Assembly: GCA_003693705.1 (NCBI GenBank)
Contig: RBZT01000313.1
Location: 1 to 64,000, forward strand
DNA length: 64,000 nucleotides
Reading direction: 5' to 3'
DNA from: Polymyxa betae A26-41
Lineage: Eukaryota; Protista; Endomyxa: Phytomyxea
Positions 61,651 through 64,000 of this stretch are shown here, one piece after another (the stretch's first letter is position 1; each line of letters opens with the position of its first letter). Position numbers and translations under genes: made by a program. The notes under the pieces were generated by a model. It saw only the letters and a program-made list of their open reading frames with translations, made no database searches and was not told the DNA's origin.

Positions 61651-62663
61651 ATGTCAGAGCTGTCTGATGATCAATATAGTGATCTTGAATGGGTTGATGA
61701 TCATGCATTCCCGTTCATTAATCAGATCATTCAACCTACAACCAAGTCGGCTGGGTCTGGGAAGCGCTCCATGCAGTCGGTAGTTCGACCACGCCAGGGT
61801 CAGCTCTATGACAATTGTATCGTCGAATCGATGGAGGGCGTTCTGCTTTGTCGTATCTCTAGGAAACGCTGCCTATGGTACGTGAATCGTCAGCTAGCTG
61901 ACATCGTCCAGGATCATCCTGAGCTCATCATCCGGCTGAAATTCGTTGCTAAAGGAGGTATTAGGATTCTGTAATAAACAGGAGATTTCTTGATAAATGT
62001 TGTAGGACCCCGAGATGATGATCTTTTCCCATTATCAGCAAAACAGAACATCTGTGTTCGTTGTGGGCAACAAAACAATCTGCTCCGAGCCTATGTTGTT
62101 CCCCATTGTTATCGTCGTGAATTCCCCAAGAAGTTCTCTTCGCATCAATCACACGATATCACTCTGCTTTGTGTCTCGTGCTATGAAATTTGGGCCCAGG
62201 CCCATGCTGCCCTTCGAAATCAGATCTCTACCGAGTTTGTCGTTCCAATTGATGGTGTTCGTGTGGGTCAGGCACCTGACCAGAAACGCATTCAGATAGT
62301 GCAGACAGCGCGAACTTTGCTAAAATATCGAACAATCCCGCAAGATAAGAGGAAACAGCTTCTCAGGTATATATTGTAATCGATTTTAAACAAGAGGCTG
62401 GAATTAGCATGAATAGGACGGTTGCTGATTATAATGGATGGCAAGAGTTACCAAGTGACCAGATGCTCATCGACTTCGCTGATTCGGAAAGTACTGATGA
62501 TAATCGGCCGCTGATTCCGCATGGGCGATTAGTGATTCAAGCGGTAGCCGATCTGCCTGAATTTATCCGACGATGGCGAACCCATTTTGTGGAGAGTTTA
62601 CAGCCGAAATATCTGCCAGAACACTGGAATGTGGATTATGGTCTGACTGAAGAAACCCATTGA
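61651..62663 (+). CDS. Stand-alone EXD2/RRP6L3 C-terminal-like (HNH-like) domain protein
   Basis: LYDNC...G.LLC....WYV..LA, IRLKF, NICVRCG, VVPHCYRREFP, SHDITLLCVSC, RWRTHFVESLQPKYLP.HW. Confidence 0.8.
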
Positions 62664-62698
62664 CATATTGTATCAATAAATAATTTCGATTAAAAACA

Positions 62699-64000
62699 TT
62701 ATGACGACTTCACAGACCCGACAACGATGCGATGACGTAATTGAGCAATACGTAAAGACAAAGCCACATCCATCGAGAGGAATCGATTAGCAACACGATC
62801 ACAAATCTCGAAAGCATTCTAATGGACAGATGAGCAAGCAGGAAAATGACAGCAAATCGTTCCCGAACCTTCTGTTGTTTTGAGATATTGGTAAATAAGA
62901 TCTGTCGTTCAGCATCGATTTTGGCCTGAATGACGCCTTTCTGAATCAGCCTAACTAAGACCGATTGAATATTTTCAATAGACTAAACAGTCAGGTGAGT
63001 TGTTTCATCAAACAAGTTGCAGATGGAGCACCTCTTGAAAAGCAGAGCTCATCCGTTTCAGACAAATCGATTGATACGGCGAGATGTAAATACAAAAAGC
63101 CGATTCTTGAATAGCATCAAATGCCGCTCTGCTTACCGATCCTGTGAAACTCAGCGGTCAGTATCGGTCCAATCTGTCCCAATGAAAATGACACTTTTGA
63201 AGTATGGATCACCAACAAGATATGTATCTGCAATACGTTCCATATGGCGAAACGACGAGTGAAATTGCGAGTTGCATAAATCGACGAAGGCTTGCTTAGA
63301 ATCAGGACACAGATCCAGAGCCTATCAATATTGAAGATGGCAAAACAAGGGTAAACACGGCGCTGATTCCAACCGATTTGAAATGTTCATGGTTCAGTAA
63401 CTGTTTCAGTTGATTACGATTATGGCTGGCCAAGACACAGATCACCATATATCGAACTAGATCTATGGTACAAAACAATGGCGGGTAATCAGGAAATGAC
63501 CCGATCTATGCCGAAACAATTCATAAACATTGCCATGAAAATAAGAGAGCAGAATTACAGATAGAAGCGTTTCAGCAGCTTCATAAAACTGCATCTGTCT
63601 AATCTGAACAACGGCAAGGGCGCCTTTAAGGATGGCAACCTCAGATGGATGTTGTTCAGAGCCTATAGCAATGTGAACCTCAACGTACATGAGAAGTCAC
63701 ATGATCAACATACCTTTGTTGGAAATGGCGCGCACCACTTCAGGACGAACATGTTGAGCGACGTTTGAATGAGTCGAGTAGATGTTTTCAGCAACAACAG
63801 CAATAGATAATTTCAGCTTATCCAGAGGTTCAGATGTGAGCTCATTGATCTCTAGAAGCTTGATCAGAGACATCTTATGATCTCCAATTGTTTCAGATTG
63901 CAATCTTGAATGATTCCATAATGCATTCTAAACAGCGTAATTACAGGCTATACGGGCAGATAACGGTCAAAATACTCGAATTTTCTCAGGGTCTTGCGTG
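62699..64000 (-). CDS. PCI-domain protein, CSN1-like (5' end outside window)
   Basis: LASHNRNQLK, LVRLIQKGVIQAKIDAERQIL winged-helix motif and C-terminal helix. Confidence 0.7.

Noticed and set aside
1-64000. Alternative genetic code, tRNA, rRNA or snRNA genes
   Set aside because: In the conserved genes I spliced, in-frame stops were explained by short introns; no tRNA, rRNA or snRNA signature was recognised, though a covariance search was not possible.

Overview
Gene-dense eukaryotic DNA from a compact, intron-rich protist genome. Introns are mostly about 45-60 nt GT-AG, with at least two GC-AG; intergenic gaps are often under 200 nt. The style and a TTTTAGGG-like unit are suggestive of a plasmodiophorid/Rhizarian, but this is unverified inference. 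About 33 protein genes can be assembled, including PEX11, Mic10, an ABHD4/5-type hydrolase, Pus1, RNA Pol I largest subunit head-to-head with AC40, ArfGAP, an A20/AN1 protein, cullin-3, DHX37, MMS19, RPL30, a DHYC palmitoyltransferase, a diflavin-reductase-like protein, a bacterial-type GlyRS, ATP12, GCDH, an SMS/IPCS, mS23, an MscS-like channel, Rab18, a stand-alone EXD2-C-like domain and a CSN1-like gene. Mobile DNA: a very AT-rich, virus-like segment with a hairpin at the left edge, a Crypton-like GCR1_C remnant, and a 587-bp pogo-like TIR element. Best leads: a zinc-finger protein with an apparent plant LNK clock-coactivator-like C-terminus; RPA1/RPAC1 start codons only 52 nt apart; a yeast-like AUG-sequestering stem in the RPL30 leader; telomere-repeat (telobox-like) motifs in promoters; coordinated loss of one Zn site in the DHYC enzyme; and a reductase with a degenerate FMN domain. 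All family assignments rest on recalled motifs, not database searches. Multi-exon coordinates are outer bounds from manual splicing.
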